Assembly: GCF_963921235.1 (NCBI RefSeq)
Contig: NC_086108.1
Coordinates: 79,114,001-79,178,000, forward strand
DNA from: Mobula hypostoma
Lineage: Eukaryota
DNA length: 64,000 nucleotides
Direction: 5' to 3'
Of the stretch, positions 51,129 to 64,000 are shown one piece after another; the first letter of the stretch is position 1, and each line of letters begins with the position of its first letter. The notes below the pieces were generated by a model. That model worked only from the letters and a program-made list of their open reading frames with translations. It had not been told where the DNA came from and ran no database searches. The translations under genes were made by a program, and so were the position numbers.

Positions 51129-51282
51129 CAGTTTAACAAAGTGCTTACTTGACAGTTATATGGTTCAAAAAGGGGTTTACCTGACATATGAGGAATGTAA
51201 CAAGGAGTTTACCTGACAGATTAACAGTTTAATAACGAGTTTACTTGACAGATGAACAGTTTAACAAGGGGTTTATCTGATG
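51129..51282. repeat. 32-bp minisatellite, ~4.8 diverged units
   Basis: Units start at 51129, 51161, 51193, 51225 and 51257. Approximate consensus CAGTTTAACAAGGRGTTTACYTGACAGATKAA. Confidence 0.85.
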
Positions 51283-52179
51283 CTGCATCCAGCTCACTGC
51301 ACTGAATCAAAGGCAATATTAATCTGTGAGTCAAACTGTATAATTTCCAGACGGTAATCAGTATCTGACCTCTCACTGCACAAGGTGAGATAAATCAACT
51401 GGAAATTACCTGTTAATGTGAATTGCAGTACAATGTACATTTTAACTGGATTCCAGATATGTTTATAAAACAAAAACAAATGTGCAAGTCATTCTTAAGT
51501 CTATAAAATGCATCATTGGCTAAGAAACATGCAAAGTGATATTTTAAGACTTTCACAACAGCACATATGGTAATTTTCCAGCATAATAAATAAAGTTGCT
51601 AACATAAAGAATATTTTGCTATCGTCTCTTGCATGACTAATTGGTTTACTTATCTTTAAGATTAAAGATACTCTTGCAGCAATAGCTGATTGCAACATAA
51701 TTTTAGAAAGATCATTTTTTAAATGTATCCATTCACATGACATGGACTGTGCTGGCAAATCCAACATCTTTTTGTCTCTTCATAATTGCCATCTGAACTT
51801 CCCTGGTCCTCTCTGAAAGCAGTCATCCAAATGGTGGGTCTGGATTTACAGGGACACTGTTTTGCTACCCAGAAGAAACAAAGTAAATCAAAAACAATTC
51901 AGAAGTTCGGTGGTCCCCGTTTCATTTCAGGCATGATTAAGTGCTATGGTAGAGTTCAAACTGTGACTGAAGTAAAATGTTCCAGAGTATAAGTCCAGTG
52001 AGTTACCCACAGTACTTTCAATCTCCATATTATTACTTTATCAAATAATTTTCCATAGATGTCAATATTAGTTTAGCTGCCTGTGGTAATGAGGGAAAGG
52101 ATAAAGTCTCAATTGACTCTCTAGGGCTCTGAATGCAAATGTTAACATCTGGCTCAAGGATGATCTATGTTTGATTACA

Positions 52180-52720
52180 CATTCAATGGCACTTTATTAG
52201 GTACACCGGCACACCTGCTTGTTAATGCAAGTTTTGAATCAGCCAGTCACATGACAGCAACACAATGCATACAGGCACAGTTCAGTAGTTGTTCAGACCA
52301 ATTATCAGAATGGGGAAGAAATATGATCTGAATAGAATGATTGCTGGTACCAGACAGGGTGGTTTGAGTCTATCAGAAACTGGTGATTTCCTAATGTTTT
52401 CCCGCACAACCATCACCAGAGGTTACAGACAAAACCGCAAAAAACAAAGAACATGCAGTGAGCAGCAGTTCTGTGAGCAAAAAGGTCTTGTTAATGAGAG
52501 AGTTCAGAGAAGGTTTGCCAGACTGTTTCAAGCTGACAGGAAGGTGACAGTAACTCAGATAACCACGTGTTACAGCAGTGGTATGCAGAAGAACACCTCT
52601 GAATGCACAATGTATCAAACCTTGAAGAGGATGGGCTACAGCAGCAGAAGATCATGAACATACACATCAATGGCAATTTTATTAGGTACAACAGGTACAT
52701 AATAAAGTGGCCACTGAATG
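52180..52720 (+). mobile_element. Tc1/mariner non-autonomous derivative
   Basis: TIRs CATTCAATGG-CACTTTATTAGGTAC / GTACATAATAAAGTGGCCACTGAATG. ORF 52289-52657 resembles the Tc1 N-terminal DNA-binding region (SRTTITRGYR...LKRMGYSSRR). No DDE domain. Confidence 0.85.
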
Positions 52721-52997
52721 TCCATTAAGCATTTTTTGAATCTCTAAGCAGACATTATGAGAATCAAGTGCGAACAAAAAATGTGAAAATAATGGTAGGG
52801 TCAATGGGGTATATGATTACCTTTCAAGAAGTGAAAATGATCAGGTGTAGCAGATAACGCAACTTAAAAACAAACCACTTTTCTTCCATTTGCTAGTTTG
52901 ATAATGATGTCAGCTGTTCTGCTAGATTCATGACAATATGATCAGAATTGTGCAATTACAACACCTCCTGCAATGTTTACCTATCATCATACAGCCC

Positions 52998-54088
52998 GAC
53001 AGACAAAAAAGAGTCAGTGGATGTTGTTTACTTGGATTTTCGGAAGGCATTTGACAAGGTGCTGCACGTGAGGCTGGCTCAACAATATAAGAGCCCATGG
53101 TATTACAGGAAAAGTACTAGCAGAGTTAGAGGAATTGCTGATTGGCAGGAGGCAAAGAGTCAAAATAAAGGGAGCTAGCTCAGGTTGGCTGGCAGTGACC
53201 AGTGGTGTTCTGCAGGGGTCAGTATGGGACCACTCCTTTTCAAATTATATGTCAATGATTTGGATGATGGAATTGATGACTTTGTGGCCAAGCTTGCAGA
53301 TGATATGAAGATAGATGAAAGGTAGAAGAACTGAAGGTGAAGACTGTTTTCTAAACAGGGTGAAAATTTAAAAATCAGAGGTGTAAGGGGACTTGGGAAA
53401 GCTTGTATAGGATTCCCTAAAGGTTAACTTGCAGATTGAGTTGATGGTAAGGAAGGCAAATGCAATGTTAGCATTCATCTTAGTTGTCTGGAATATAATA
53501 GCAAGGATGTAATGCTAAAGCATTATAAAGCATTGGTCAGACTGCACTTGGCATACTGTGAGCAGTTTGGGCTCTTTATCTAATAAACGATATACTGGCA
53601 TTGGAAAGGGTCCAGGGGAGGTTCAAAAAATGATTCTGAGAATGAAAAGGTTAATGTATGGGGAGCTTTTGATGGCTCTGGGTGTGCACTCACTGGAGTT
53701 TAGAAGAATGAGGGGGGGACCTCATTGAAACCTATCAAATATTGAGGGGTCTAGGTGTGAAAAATATATTTCCTATAGTAGGTGAGTCTAGAACTCAAGG
53801 GCACAGCCTCAGAATAAAAGGTCACCTCTTTAAAACAGAGATGAGGAAGAATTTCTTAAACCAGAAGGTGATGAATCTATGGAATTCGTTGCCACGGACA
53901 GCTGTGGAGGCCAATCATTGAGTATATTTATATCGGAGGTTGGTAGTTTCTTGATTAATCAGGACTCCAAAATTTATGGAAAGAAATCAGGAGAATGGGG
54001 TTGAGAGGGATAATAAATTAATCAGGATTGAATGGTGGATCAGACTTGATGGGCTGGTGGTCTAATTCTGCTCCTAAGTCTTATAATT
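52998..54088 (+). mobile_element. CR1 LINE, decayed RT to 3' tail
   Basis: DKKESVDVVYLDFRKAFDKV, ADDMKI, RRMRGDLIETY-like, and tail ctaattctgctcctaagtcttat. Confidence 0.9.
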
Positions 54089-56319
54089 TAGTAGAGTTTG
54101 CAATGAATAGTTCACATGAAGTGATTAAAAGTCATCCAAGATTAAAAGTGGAGACTATAATTTGACATACACTTTGAAGACTACAATATTCTTGTACTGA
54201 ACCTTCAAGGCATCCATTGACTTCTGAATGTGTGCATCCAAATTCACCCAGCTTTTTCAGTCTCCTGCTGCTCCTCTTTGGAGCATTGCCTCATGGAGTA
54301 TTACAGCCAATAATAATGAGTAGATATTTCCCTTCTCTGGATGCTAAGCCTTGAAATTAATCTCAGTTCAAAGATGTAACCTAAATGTTCTTTAAGGCAC
54401 AATACTTCACTCCATTGTGTATTTATGTCTTATGGGTTGTGACAAATCGGACAATTTTTACTTTATAGTTCAATCTGTGATCTATTGGTGAACCCTAAAT
54501 TGTTTAGTCAATAATTCAATATTTGTTTTTGTGGAATGGTTAATGTTGTCAAAGCCGCACTGGTTGCCCCATCTCAAGATGCTCTACAAATTTATCTTGA
54601 ATCTTTTGTTTGGTTTACTGCAGTCCTAGTGCGCATAGCTGTTTTATGATGTTAATAGAGAGGCTATGTGCTGTATTTTGACTCGACAGCAGTGAAGGAA
54701 CAGCAATCATTGTCCAAGTTTCCATGACTGGTAGAAAACCTTGAGAATGATGATATTCATGTAGTATTTAAAGAACACTTGGCCAGAGCTAGCCTTATTG
54801 GGGAGAAGATAGAATGGGATTGAGAGGGATAATAAATCAGCCATGATGGAATGGCAGATCAGACTCAATGGGTTGAATGTCCTAATTCTGCTCCTATGCC
54901 TGATGGTCTATCTCATTGTTCATTGGTATAAACACTAAATATCAGTGGAACTGTGAATGGAGTTGAACTTTGGAGTGATCAGTGAACATGGTTTGATTCT
55001 GTGTTGTAAATTCTGTGTAATTCTGTATTGCTGATGGAAATCCTGAAGTTGGGAGGTCCTCGCAGAGGATTTGTTGCACTGCATCCTATAAGTAGTACAT
55101 ACTGAAGCTGATGGTAGATGTCAGGACATTGATCACAATCCTAAAACAGATATTACCCAGTTCTGTATCATGGACATCTTCTCTAAATCCATCAATATTT
55201 CCCTGCTCAATTCTTTTTCATTAGACCACAGCTGGAACTTTTCAGTGTTGACTTTAACTCTTAAAAATAACTTACCATCATTGCCTTTCCACCTTAAAAC
55301 CTTCTCGTCGTTATGGAGAATACCTTTATAAAAAGCCAATAACTTTGCAAACTAGCAATATATTAATGCAACATACAACTTAGTGGATACAAAGCCTCAT
55401 TCTGCTTTCACCCAGGGTAGTAAGAAATGTGTTGGGTATTTCCTCCCGTTACCTCCAAAAACCAACTGCAGGTTCTGATGTTAGCTTGCACAAACAATAA
55501 ATATCAGTGGAGAACTAAGGGAAGTTGGGCTGTGGAGTGCTCAGTAATAATAGGATGAAAGGGCATCAATGAAGATAACAGAGACTGGACACAATTCTTC
55601 ACCATTGATTTGAGCTGTAATAATAACTGGGTTCTGATAACATTCTTTCTGTATAATTCCAGCTGTTAAAGATTTCTGCATCCTTCCCACAGATGACATT
55701 TGGTAGGATTACTTGGTGTTATTCAAGTTCAAACCTTTTAACAAATTTCACGACACTCTATGCAGGGGATATTAAACCTGATTCTGATTCTGTTGCAATG
55801 TTTAGAGCATACATTATTTCTCTTCTCTTCTGGTATTTCAACCATTTTCTGTACAAGTTACTTGGTAGTTTATGAGGACCATGCAGCTTTATTCTCTTAA
55901 ACTTAGTCTGAACTTGGAAATTCATCATGTTTGGAATTATAGTGAGGTAAACATCTTGTCCTCCATCTCTGATATGGCAAGTACTGGTCTATTTCTTCTA
56001 CATTCAGTCTTGCAGGTACTTTTACACATTATATATTAAGTGTAACAGTTCTTCTATTGTTTAGATTGATCAGTGACTGTAATGAAAGAATGTAGAGTGC
56101 CCTTTCATTTCCAAAGTGCTTCATATTTGATTAATTCCTCTTGATTAGACATTCAGCCTGAGTTAAAAAATAAATAAAACATTTATTTAGTCATAGAATG
56201 CTGCCATTTAATCCTCATCCTTAATTGGCATTAGCTTGGTGATGGTGAGTTTGGATTAGAGCTGCACTGCTGTTGTTGTTAAGGTGAAGCACTCATAGGT
56301 AGAGGATTCTATTATTTTC

Positions 56320-56880
56320 AAAGATCAAAATGAAAACTACATTTATATCAAAGTATGTATATGTTACCATATAATACTCTGAGATTCTTTTTCCTTGCAG
56401 GCCTTCATGGTGGAACAAATAAATATAATTGATTCAATGAAAAGCTACACACAATCAGAAATTTACAAACAACCACTGTACAAAAGAAGACAATCTGTGC
56501 AAATACAGAATGATGGATAGATAGATAAATAAATAATGCTGAGAACATGCTGTAGAGTCCTACAAGGTCAATCCATAGGTTGTAGAATCTGTTCAGAGTG
56601 AAGTTATCACCAATGGCTCAGGAGCCTGATGGTTGAAGGGTAATACGTAACCATTCCTGTACCTGGTGGTGTGGGATCTAAGGCTCTTCTGCTTCTTAAG
56701 TAACACACACAAAATGCTGGAATAACTCATCAGGTCAGGTGGCATATATGAAAATGAAAAGACAGGCAATTTCTACTTCTTTCTTGAATGCAGCAGTGAG
56801 AAGAGAGTGTGGTGGGATGGTGGTGCTCCTTTATCATGGCTGCTGCCTTCATATGACAGTGCTTCTTGTAGATGTGCTCA
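56320..56880 (-). mobile_element. Rex/Babar-like LINE 3' fragment with a small Penelope-repeat insert (~56700-56770)
   Basis: catttatatcaaagtatg tail; ctcaggagcctgatggttgaagggtaat...ttcctgtacctggtggtgtgg is the reverse complement of sequence like 47810-47870. Confidence 0.65.
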
Positions 56881-57979
56881 ACATCTTCACCCAGTAGCAC
56901 TGCAGTATAGGTAATAGATTTCCAAATCAGAAGTGCAAGTGACTTGAAGAGGAACTTGTAGGTGATGGCATTCCCAAGTATGGGCGCTCTTTTCCTGCTG
57001 AGTTGTGAGAGGTCATGGGTGGGAGAAGTGTTGTCAGGCTGAATTGATCCACGGAAATGAATATGATAAATCCACGTTGTATTAGATCTACTCTAACTGG
57101 AATTCAGAAATACACTGCACAAAAAATAGCACAATCTAATTGATTCCCGGTAATGGAATCTTTGCTGATGAGCTTTTAGACTTTTTGAAGCCTACTTTTC
57201 TTTTTCTCCAGGGGCTCTGATTATCTGAACTTTGATTTTCAAGAAATTAATCAAGAGATGCTTGAGGAGGCTGGTTTCAAAAATGCAGTGAAGTGGTAGA
57301 AAAGAATGTGAACTCTTAGCCTTAATAATGAGTTCTAACATTTAAAAATTAATTATTTTTTTCAAACCTCATCATTTTAATGTATTGTGATTAGCAAAAT
57401 ATCACATTTAGTTTTGCACTAATAGACAGTGACCCTGATGGTTAACATGGCCAACTTATTTATGTAGCAAGGCAGTTTTGAATTATCTTCCAAGTAGACC
57501 ATTTGGGAGGACCTACCTTTTTCTTTATTTTGAAATGGCAAAACATTCTGGGAATCATTTCTCTTTCTTTTTAATCCTTCCTTCGTTCCAAACTCAGTGT
57601 GACTTTAATCAGAATTTTGTTTTTTCGCTTTCTACTCCACTGCAATTACACTCCTGAGACTCCATTCTTTTGATTGCATGAACTCTTGTTCCTTGGAAAG
57701 AACATTCAATTAAAATGCGCATAATTTCCCAGCAGATTATTTTAGTGGAATTTGTTTTTGAACAACCCTTACTCTAGCCAATGAGCTACTTAATCCTACA
57801 AAATACATTATCCACAGCTCTCAAACAGAAGGAGCAGTTATTTATTTGATTACGCAGTTTTAGTTCTGTTGACCCATTATTTATTTCTTACTTACAAGCC
57901 TAATTCATGACCATACTGAGGGGGTTTGGACTTGTCTCCCTTTTCCTCTGTAGAAAGTTGCTCTGTTTTTAATCTTAAT

Positions 57980-58230
57980 GGGTAGCACAGTTGCATAGTG
58001 GTTAGCACAATGCTTTACAGTACAGGTGAACCGGGCCCAATTCCCACCACTGCCTGTAAGGAGTTTGCATATTTTCCCCATAACTGGTTTCCTCCCATAG
58101 TCCAAAGACGGTAGGTTAATTGTTCATTGTAAATTGTCCTGTGATTAGGCTAGGATTAAATTGGGGGAATTGCTGGGTGATGTGGCCCGAAGTGCTGGAA
58201 GGTCCCACTCCTCAAATAAAAAATAAATAA
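57980..58230 (+). mobile_element. tRNA-derived SINE (V-SINE/HE1-like)
   Basis: gcacagttgcatagtggttagcac...ggtttcctcccatagtccaaagac...(aaata)n tail. Confidence 0.8.
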
Positions 58231-58488
58231 ATCTCTGAGCTTAAATAACAGGGTCAGAGTAAGTCATCAAACCGAGTTATTAGAGGTGGTTAAAATTGTT
58301 TTACACTCTCTAGTTTGTTGTACGCACTCCCTGCATTTAATAAACACATTTCATGACGAACCCTTGTGATGGAAGCCCAGGTACTTCTCCCACATTCTCT
58401 CCATGAGATTGGGAAATTTCGTCAACAGTTTCTGCAGAAGTGATATTAAATTAGTGCACATGTTCACTGTCTCATTAAAACATGAGCC

Positions 58489-59476
58489 AAGAGATTTTTT
58501 ATGGTCTCAAATAAGTACATTTCCTAAAAGTCCTGATAAGAATCTATTAGATGTAATTTTTAATTTGAAACCTTTTTATAATGGATCTATATCTAATACT
58601 TATAATATGTTGTTGGGAATGAGAAGTGTTCCTTTAGATAAAATTAAAAATCATTTGGAACAAGATTTACAAACTTCAGTTTCTGAGGAAACTTGGAATC
58701 AAATTTTGAAATTGGTTAACACTTCATCATTATGTGCCCGCCACTCTCTCCCACAATTTAAAGTGGTCCATAGGGCCCATATGACCAAGGATAAGTTGTC
58801 TTGTTTTTATTAAGACATTTATCACAATACAGAGATATGTAATAATGGAGAAGCTTCACTCATTCATATGTTTTGGACATGTCCGAGTCTTGGAACATAT
58901 TGTAAAGAAGTATTTCAAACTTTCTCGATACTTTTCAAAGTAAACTTTAAGCCTAATCCTTTGACCGCTTTATTTGGTATTGTTGGAGGAAAGGATATTA
59001 TTTTGGAGTCATCTGACTTGCACATTGGCTTTTATTTCTCCTATGGCCAGAAGGACACTCTTGCTTAAATAGAAAGATGTGGCCCCTCCTATTCACGCTC
59101 AATGGTTACGTTATGTGATGTCATGTTTAAATTTAGAGAAGATTCGATGTTTAATCTCTAAATATAACCAAGACTTTCAAACATTGTGGGGACCATTTTT
59201 GAATTATTTTCAAAACCTTTGATTTGCTGGTAAAGCACAGATGATGACTAATAATCTTTTCCCTTTTTTTCTTTACTAATCAGCTTCAATCTTGGTAGTG
59301 GGTTAGATTTTTTTATATAATAAAAATTACTATATTTCAATGTTACGAATTAATTAATCTGTGCGAATATAGGGTAAGGAGTCTTTATAAGCGATTTAGT
59401 ATAATGTATTGATATATATTTTTTTCTTGCACTCTGTATTCTTATATGTAAAATTAATAATAAAAATATTGGAAAA
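58489..59476 (+). mobile_element. L1-clade LINE 3' fragment (ORF2 C-terminus, 3' UTR, poly-A)
   Basis: SSLCARHSLPQFKVVHRAHMT and LIHMFWTCPSL (L1 Cys/His motif), with an A-tail. Imperfect TSD AAAACATGAGCC (58477-58488) / AAAACACAAGCC (59477-59488). Confidence 0.9.
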
Positions 59477-60951
59477 AAAACACAAGCCTTTTACTGTATG
59501 GATTATAGCATTCCTTTTCCGATGATCACATTCCATTTGAACTTGGCCTTACCCATTATATTTTCCAACCAACTATCTTTTAAGAATTAGTGAACATTCC
59601 AAGGTTTTATCTTTGGCTGGAGACAAGTTTTGAAATGATAACTTTAATGCTGAAAGTTGTCAACAAAGTGATCAAAGGTATAGAAGGAATAAAAGTCATT
59701 GCATTCATTGTAATTTTCAGAATGACTTTTTAAAAATTTCAAATATATATCTTGCTGCATGATTATAGTGGGGAAATTACCTTTTCACTTGGTTAGAGTT
59801 TTTTTCAAAGTTGTCTAATTGTACAGGTTTCTGCCCATTTGATCCTATTTCTTACTATTTCCACATCCCCGTGCTTCCCTTTCTACCCAACCACCCACCA
59901 ACATACAGACACATGCACCCCCACCACCCCCTCCCGGTTACATTTTCCATTTTGTAACAACAATACTGATGCAGCGAGACAACCTGCAGATACACTTAAC
60001 AGAGTTAACTGGCTTCATTCTAATTAAAGGAATCATGGATTTCTAAACAGTGAGGATGAGGATATGTTTCCTATCATCATCAGTATGAAAGAGGTATATT
60101 TTTAAAATCTGATCCATTGCAGAACACATGAATGTAAAAAAAGGTACCATGCAGATTCAATAGCAGCACACTTGAATTTATACAGCATCTTTGATGTCCC
60201 AAGGAGCTTCATGGGGAATTAGAAGCATGATGTAGTGGCTGAGTTAGTGGTCCAGTACCCAGTTCATAACTTTTATGAGGGTTGCAAAGAACCTGGTTCT
60301 GTTCTAGTGAACTGCTAGGGAGAGCCCTGGGGGGTTTTGTAATTTGGATCAAAGATGATAGCTTGGGACTTAACAATATTTTTGTTGTGCCTAGAGTGAG
60401 AATTATAACTACAGAGAGAAACTTGAGAAAATCTGTGATAGCTGAAATGTTTATGGGATGATTAGTCAGGGATCTTCTAAACAATGGAGGATTGGCAACA
60501 AATTTAGAATGCTTCAGGTCTGAATGTTACTTGCTTACTTTTATTGTTTGCAGGATTTGCTTTTCTGTGCACATTGAGTGTTTGACAGTTTTTTAATGGG
60601 TTCTACTGGGGTTCTTTGTTTGTGGCTGCCTATAAGGAGAGAAATCTCAAGGTTATATGCTGTATACATACTTCGAACTTTACTTATTACTTATAAAGAA
60701 TATAAATTTAAGATCACTACTACTAAGTAGAAAGTCTGAAAAAAGTTCTTTGCACAGAAGGTTGTTTAAATTTTTTGCTGCATGTTGTTGAAGCAGTTTT
60801 GTTATACTTCTAAAGAGAACTAGAGAGTTAATTATAAACGAACGATAAAGTTTATGAGCACCATGCGCCCATCTGCTGCCTTGGAGAAAATGACATACAA
60901 CTTTGAGACAGAATGGCAAAGTTCTGCAATAAAATGTATAAACATCCAAAG

Positions 60952-61760
60952 AGGGCGGAGCTTAGTTATGATGGCACTAAATAGCGACTCTTTTGATTGC
61001 ATCTTGGGAAACAGCTCTATTTCAATCTTTAATATCCTTATTTTTCCCGTTCAGGGTTCTTTTGAAGACCCTGACCTGGAGTTACATGCTGACTTCGGTT
61101 CTTTGCGGGAATTGGACCCGCTCTCGGGATTTCACGACTGGCCGTTATTCGATTTGCCAAGGATGCAGCCTAAGAGCTTAGCTCACCTTCAAAGGTCCGA
61201 GATCTGGAGACAGGCGGATCGAAAGCCGGTGTCCCAGCAGGAAATCCGTGTGTTGTGGGAGTCGGAAGCTCTCTGGCTGTGCGCCCAGAGACCTGAGACC
61301 TTTGAGCACAGAGCTTGGAAAAAGTGACACAACGGACTCTTACCATCGTAAACCAGTGAGTTGTTTGTTATGCGTCCTCTCTCGCTGAGAAATGGAGACA
61401 CTCTTTCTCTCTTATTAGGGAGAGAGAGAGCCTGTGGTATGTCGAATACTGGGTGAACATGTAGTCTTTGGGGTAACTGCAAGTCTGTGTCTTTGTTGTT
61501 GCCTTGTTGCATGCTTGAGTGCGTGGTGGTGGGTGTCGATGCTTTTTGCAGGTGGGGGGGAATTGTCACTTGCTGCCGCTTACGCATGGGGGAGGGGGGA
61601 GCTGAGGGGGACTTTGGGGTTCTAACATTTAACAGTCATTCATTCTTTGGGGGCACTCCTGTTTTCATGGATGGTTGCGAAGAAAAGGCATTTCAGGATG
61701 TATATTGTATACATTTCTCTGACATTAAATGTACGTTTGAAACTTTTGAAACCTTTGAAA
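60952..61760 (+). mobile_element. Non-coding retroposon-like repeat with a LINE-type tail
   Basis: CpG-rich body starting GGGCGGAGCTTAG...GATGGCAC. Ends ATTAAA followed by (TTTGAAAC)3-like repeats. No recognisable ORF. Confidence 0.55.
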
Positions 61761-62357
61761 CAAATCGTTTTCCTTACCACCAGCAGCTTTACTGAGTTTG
61801 ATGTACTTGAGCTTCAGCCTGCCTGTTGTGATTGCAGCCCTAGTCTTCTTGCGAGGTCATTGAAAAAACGGCATTTGTTTCTCAAGGGTAAGAAGTCTCT
61901 CAGCTTTTCCCCAGCCCCTTCTATAAATAAACACACCGGGTCTCCGTGAGTCACACAGCTACTGTGACGCAGCTGGCAAATGATGACCTATTATTTTTTT
62001 TCCCTGTCAAATCTTCAGACGGTGTTCCAGACCTCATCCTATGAAGCGTATGACTGCAGTATATTAATGCAACAACGCTGTGTGCATGTTAGTAAATCTT
62101 ATTGAAAATTCGGCTGGATATTTAGGGCAAACGGGTACACATTGCTGTCTGCAGTAAACAGGATTCTTAGGAACAGAACAATGCTGTCATTTCAGCCCCG
62201 GATCATTAATACAATCTGTGCAAACCCTCGGTGGGGCGGGGGGGGGGGGTAAGAAATTCACTGACAACCAGTGAATGAGGGCAGTGCTAGATTAATGTCA
62301 TCATTAGAAGAGGACTTTTGAGGCCACCGAGCACATGATACAACAGGTCAGCAGCAG

Positions 62358-63590
62358 ATGCCATGTCATTCATTGGCTCTTCACTCAACCCTGGAACATC
62401 TGGATGGCGAAGATGCATAGATTCAGAATGTTCTTCATTGACTACAGCTCGGCATTCAATACTATCATCCCCTCAAAATGAATCAATAATCTTCAAGACC
62501 TTGGCCTCAATACCTCCTGGATCCTCGATTTCCTCACTTGCAGACCCCTGTCAGTTTGGACTGGAAACAGCATCTCCTCCGCAATCTCAATCAGCATGGG
62601 TGCACCACAAGACTATGTGCTTAGACCCTGCTCTACTCACTTTATATTTATGACTGTGCGGCTAAGCACAGCTCCAATGCCATTTTTAATTTTGTCGTTG
62701 GCCAAACCAAAGTTGGTGACAAATCAGCATATAGGAGGAAGATTGAATATCTGGCTGAGTGGTATCACAACAACAACCTCTCACTCAATGTCAGCAAGAG
62801 CAAGCAGCTGATAATTGACTTCAAGAGGAGGAAACCAGAGGTCCATGAGCCAGTTCTCATTGGGTGATCAATGGAGAGGATCAGCAACTTTAAATTACTT
62901 GGTGTTATCATTTTCAGAGGATCAGTTCTGTGTCTAGCACATAGGTGCCTTGATGAAGAAAGCATGGCATTGCCTCTGCTTTCTTACAAGTTTGCGAAGA
63001 TTCGGCATGTTGCCTTGACAAACTTCTGTATAGGTGTGGTGAAGCGTATATTGACTGTTTGCAACATGGGTAAAGCCCACCCCACAACTGAGCACATCTA
63101 ACCAGAGTGCAATCACAGGAAAGCAGCATACATCATCAAGGACCACCACCATCTAGGCCATGCTCTCTTCTCGTTGCTGCCATGAGGAAGTAGGTTCAGG
63201 GGCCTCGGGGCCCACATCTCCAGGTTCAGGAACAGTTATTACTCCTCAACCATTAGGCTAATGAACCAGAGGGATAACTTCATCACCCCATCCTCGAATA
63301 GTTCCCACAATAAATGGACCCAGTCTCAAGGACTCTTTATCTCATGTTCTCAATATTTATTGTTCATTTATTTAGTATTATTATTTTCTTTTTTATATTT
63401 GGAGAGTTTGTTGTCTTTTGCACATTGATTGTTTGTCCATCCTGTTGGGTACGGTCTTTCATTGGTTCTATTGTATTTCTCTTATTCTCTGCGAACGCCC
63501 ATAAGAAAATGAATCTCAGGATTGTAGATAGTGACATCTATGTACATTGATAATAAATTTACTTGAACTTTGAACCTTGAATTTTGAATT
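62358..63590 (+). mobile_element. Rex1/Babar-like LINE, decayed RT to 3' tail
   Basis: [48 protein letters not shown] and FKLLGVII. Tail aataaatttac(ttgaacy)n. Related to 47428-48176. Confidence 0.85.
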
Positions 63591-64000
63591 TTAAGTGACA
63601 GGACAGAGCAGATGAACTCTTATCCAGTGATTGTGTTAACTCTTTGAATCCAGACTCACTAACAGCTATTTTGTATTTGATACAAGAAAGCCTGTTTCAA
63701 TCTTGTACATATTACATTTTAAAGTGTATGTAAGCGATAGTCGTGTCATGCATATTTTTCTTAAGGAAGATCTCCAAGCATGTTCAATATTGCAGCCAGT
63801 CATATTTTTGCCACCACAACACCGTTGACTAACACTGGAACTACATTTTCACGTAAGCTTTAAGCTACCTTAACAGTTGTTCAGTATGAGCCACGAGTAG
63901 TGAGGAAATTATTAAAGCCATATTGACACCATGTTGCTATCTGTGAATGGAAAATTTAAAAATGTAAATTCAAAATAAACAGATGTTATATTCAGCCTCC

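Noticed and set aside
51129..51282. CRISPR-like periodicity
   Set aside because: Units are contiguous with no unique spacers, the context is eukaryotic, and no cas genes are present.
54936..55547. ~50-bp imperfect direct repeat (taaatatcagtgga...tggagtg.tcagt) at 54936 and 55498
   Set aside because: Short and diverged, with no associated structure. Most likely remnants of an old repeat.
62231..62250. G-run with G-quadruplex potential (also the C-run at ~14240-14260)
   Set aside because: Simple homopolymer tracts with no contextual evidence of function.

Overview
Eukaryotic, AT-rich, repeat-dense vertebrate DNA. The repeat mix (CR1 LINEs, V-SINE/HE1-like SINEs, a Deu-domain SINE, Penelope ends, Rex/Babar-like LINEs) suggests a cartilaginous fish, probably a ray; this is an inference. 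The only host gene I can support is the last three coding exons of a fatty-acid elongase on the + strand (164-278, 6982-7109, 8025-8192). They splice in frame at GT-AG sites, carry the HxxHH box and a KxKxx tail, and look ELOVL4/ELOVL8-like. The six-frame track misses this gene. Its 6.7-kb intron holds two tail-to-tail L1-type insertions with exact TSDs. The remaining ~55 kb shows no recognisable exon. It is a layered TE record: nested CR1s, two solo LTRs, a hAT (Buster/Charlie) transposase fossil split by several insertions, a PIF/Harbinger deletion derivative, a Tc1 derivative, a pogo/Tigger fossil and SINEs. The most notable signal is a family of short Penelope-derived inserts, several of them fold-back hairpins with long TSDs. 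They carry a minimal type I hammerhead ribozyme motif, with an intact core at 50001-50035 (- strand) and CpG-decayed cores in other copies. All family calls come from motif recognition by eye, and repeat boundaries without TSD/TIR support are approximate.
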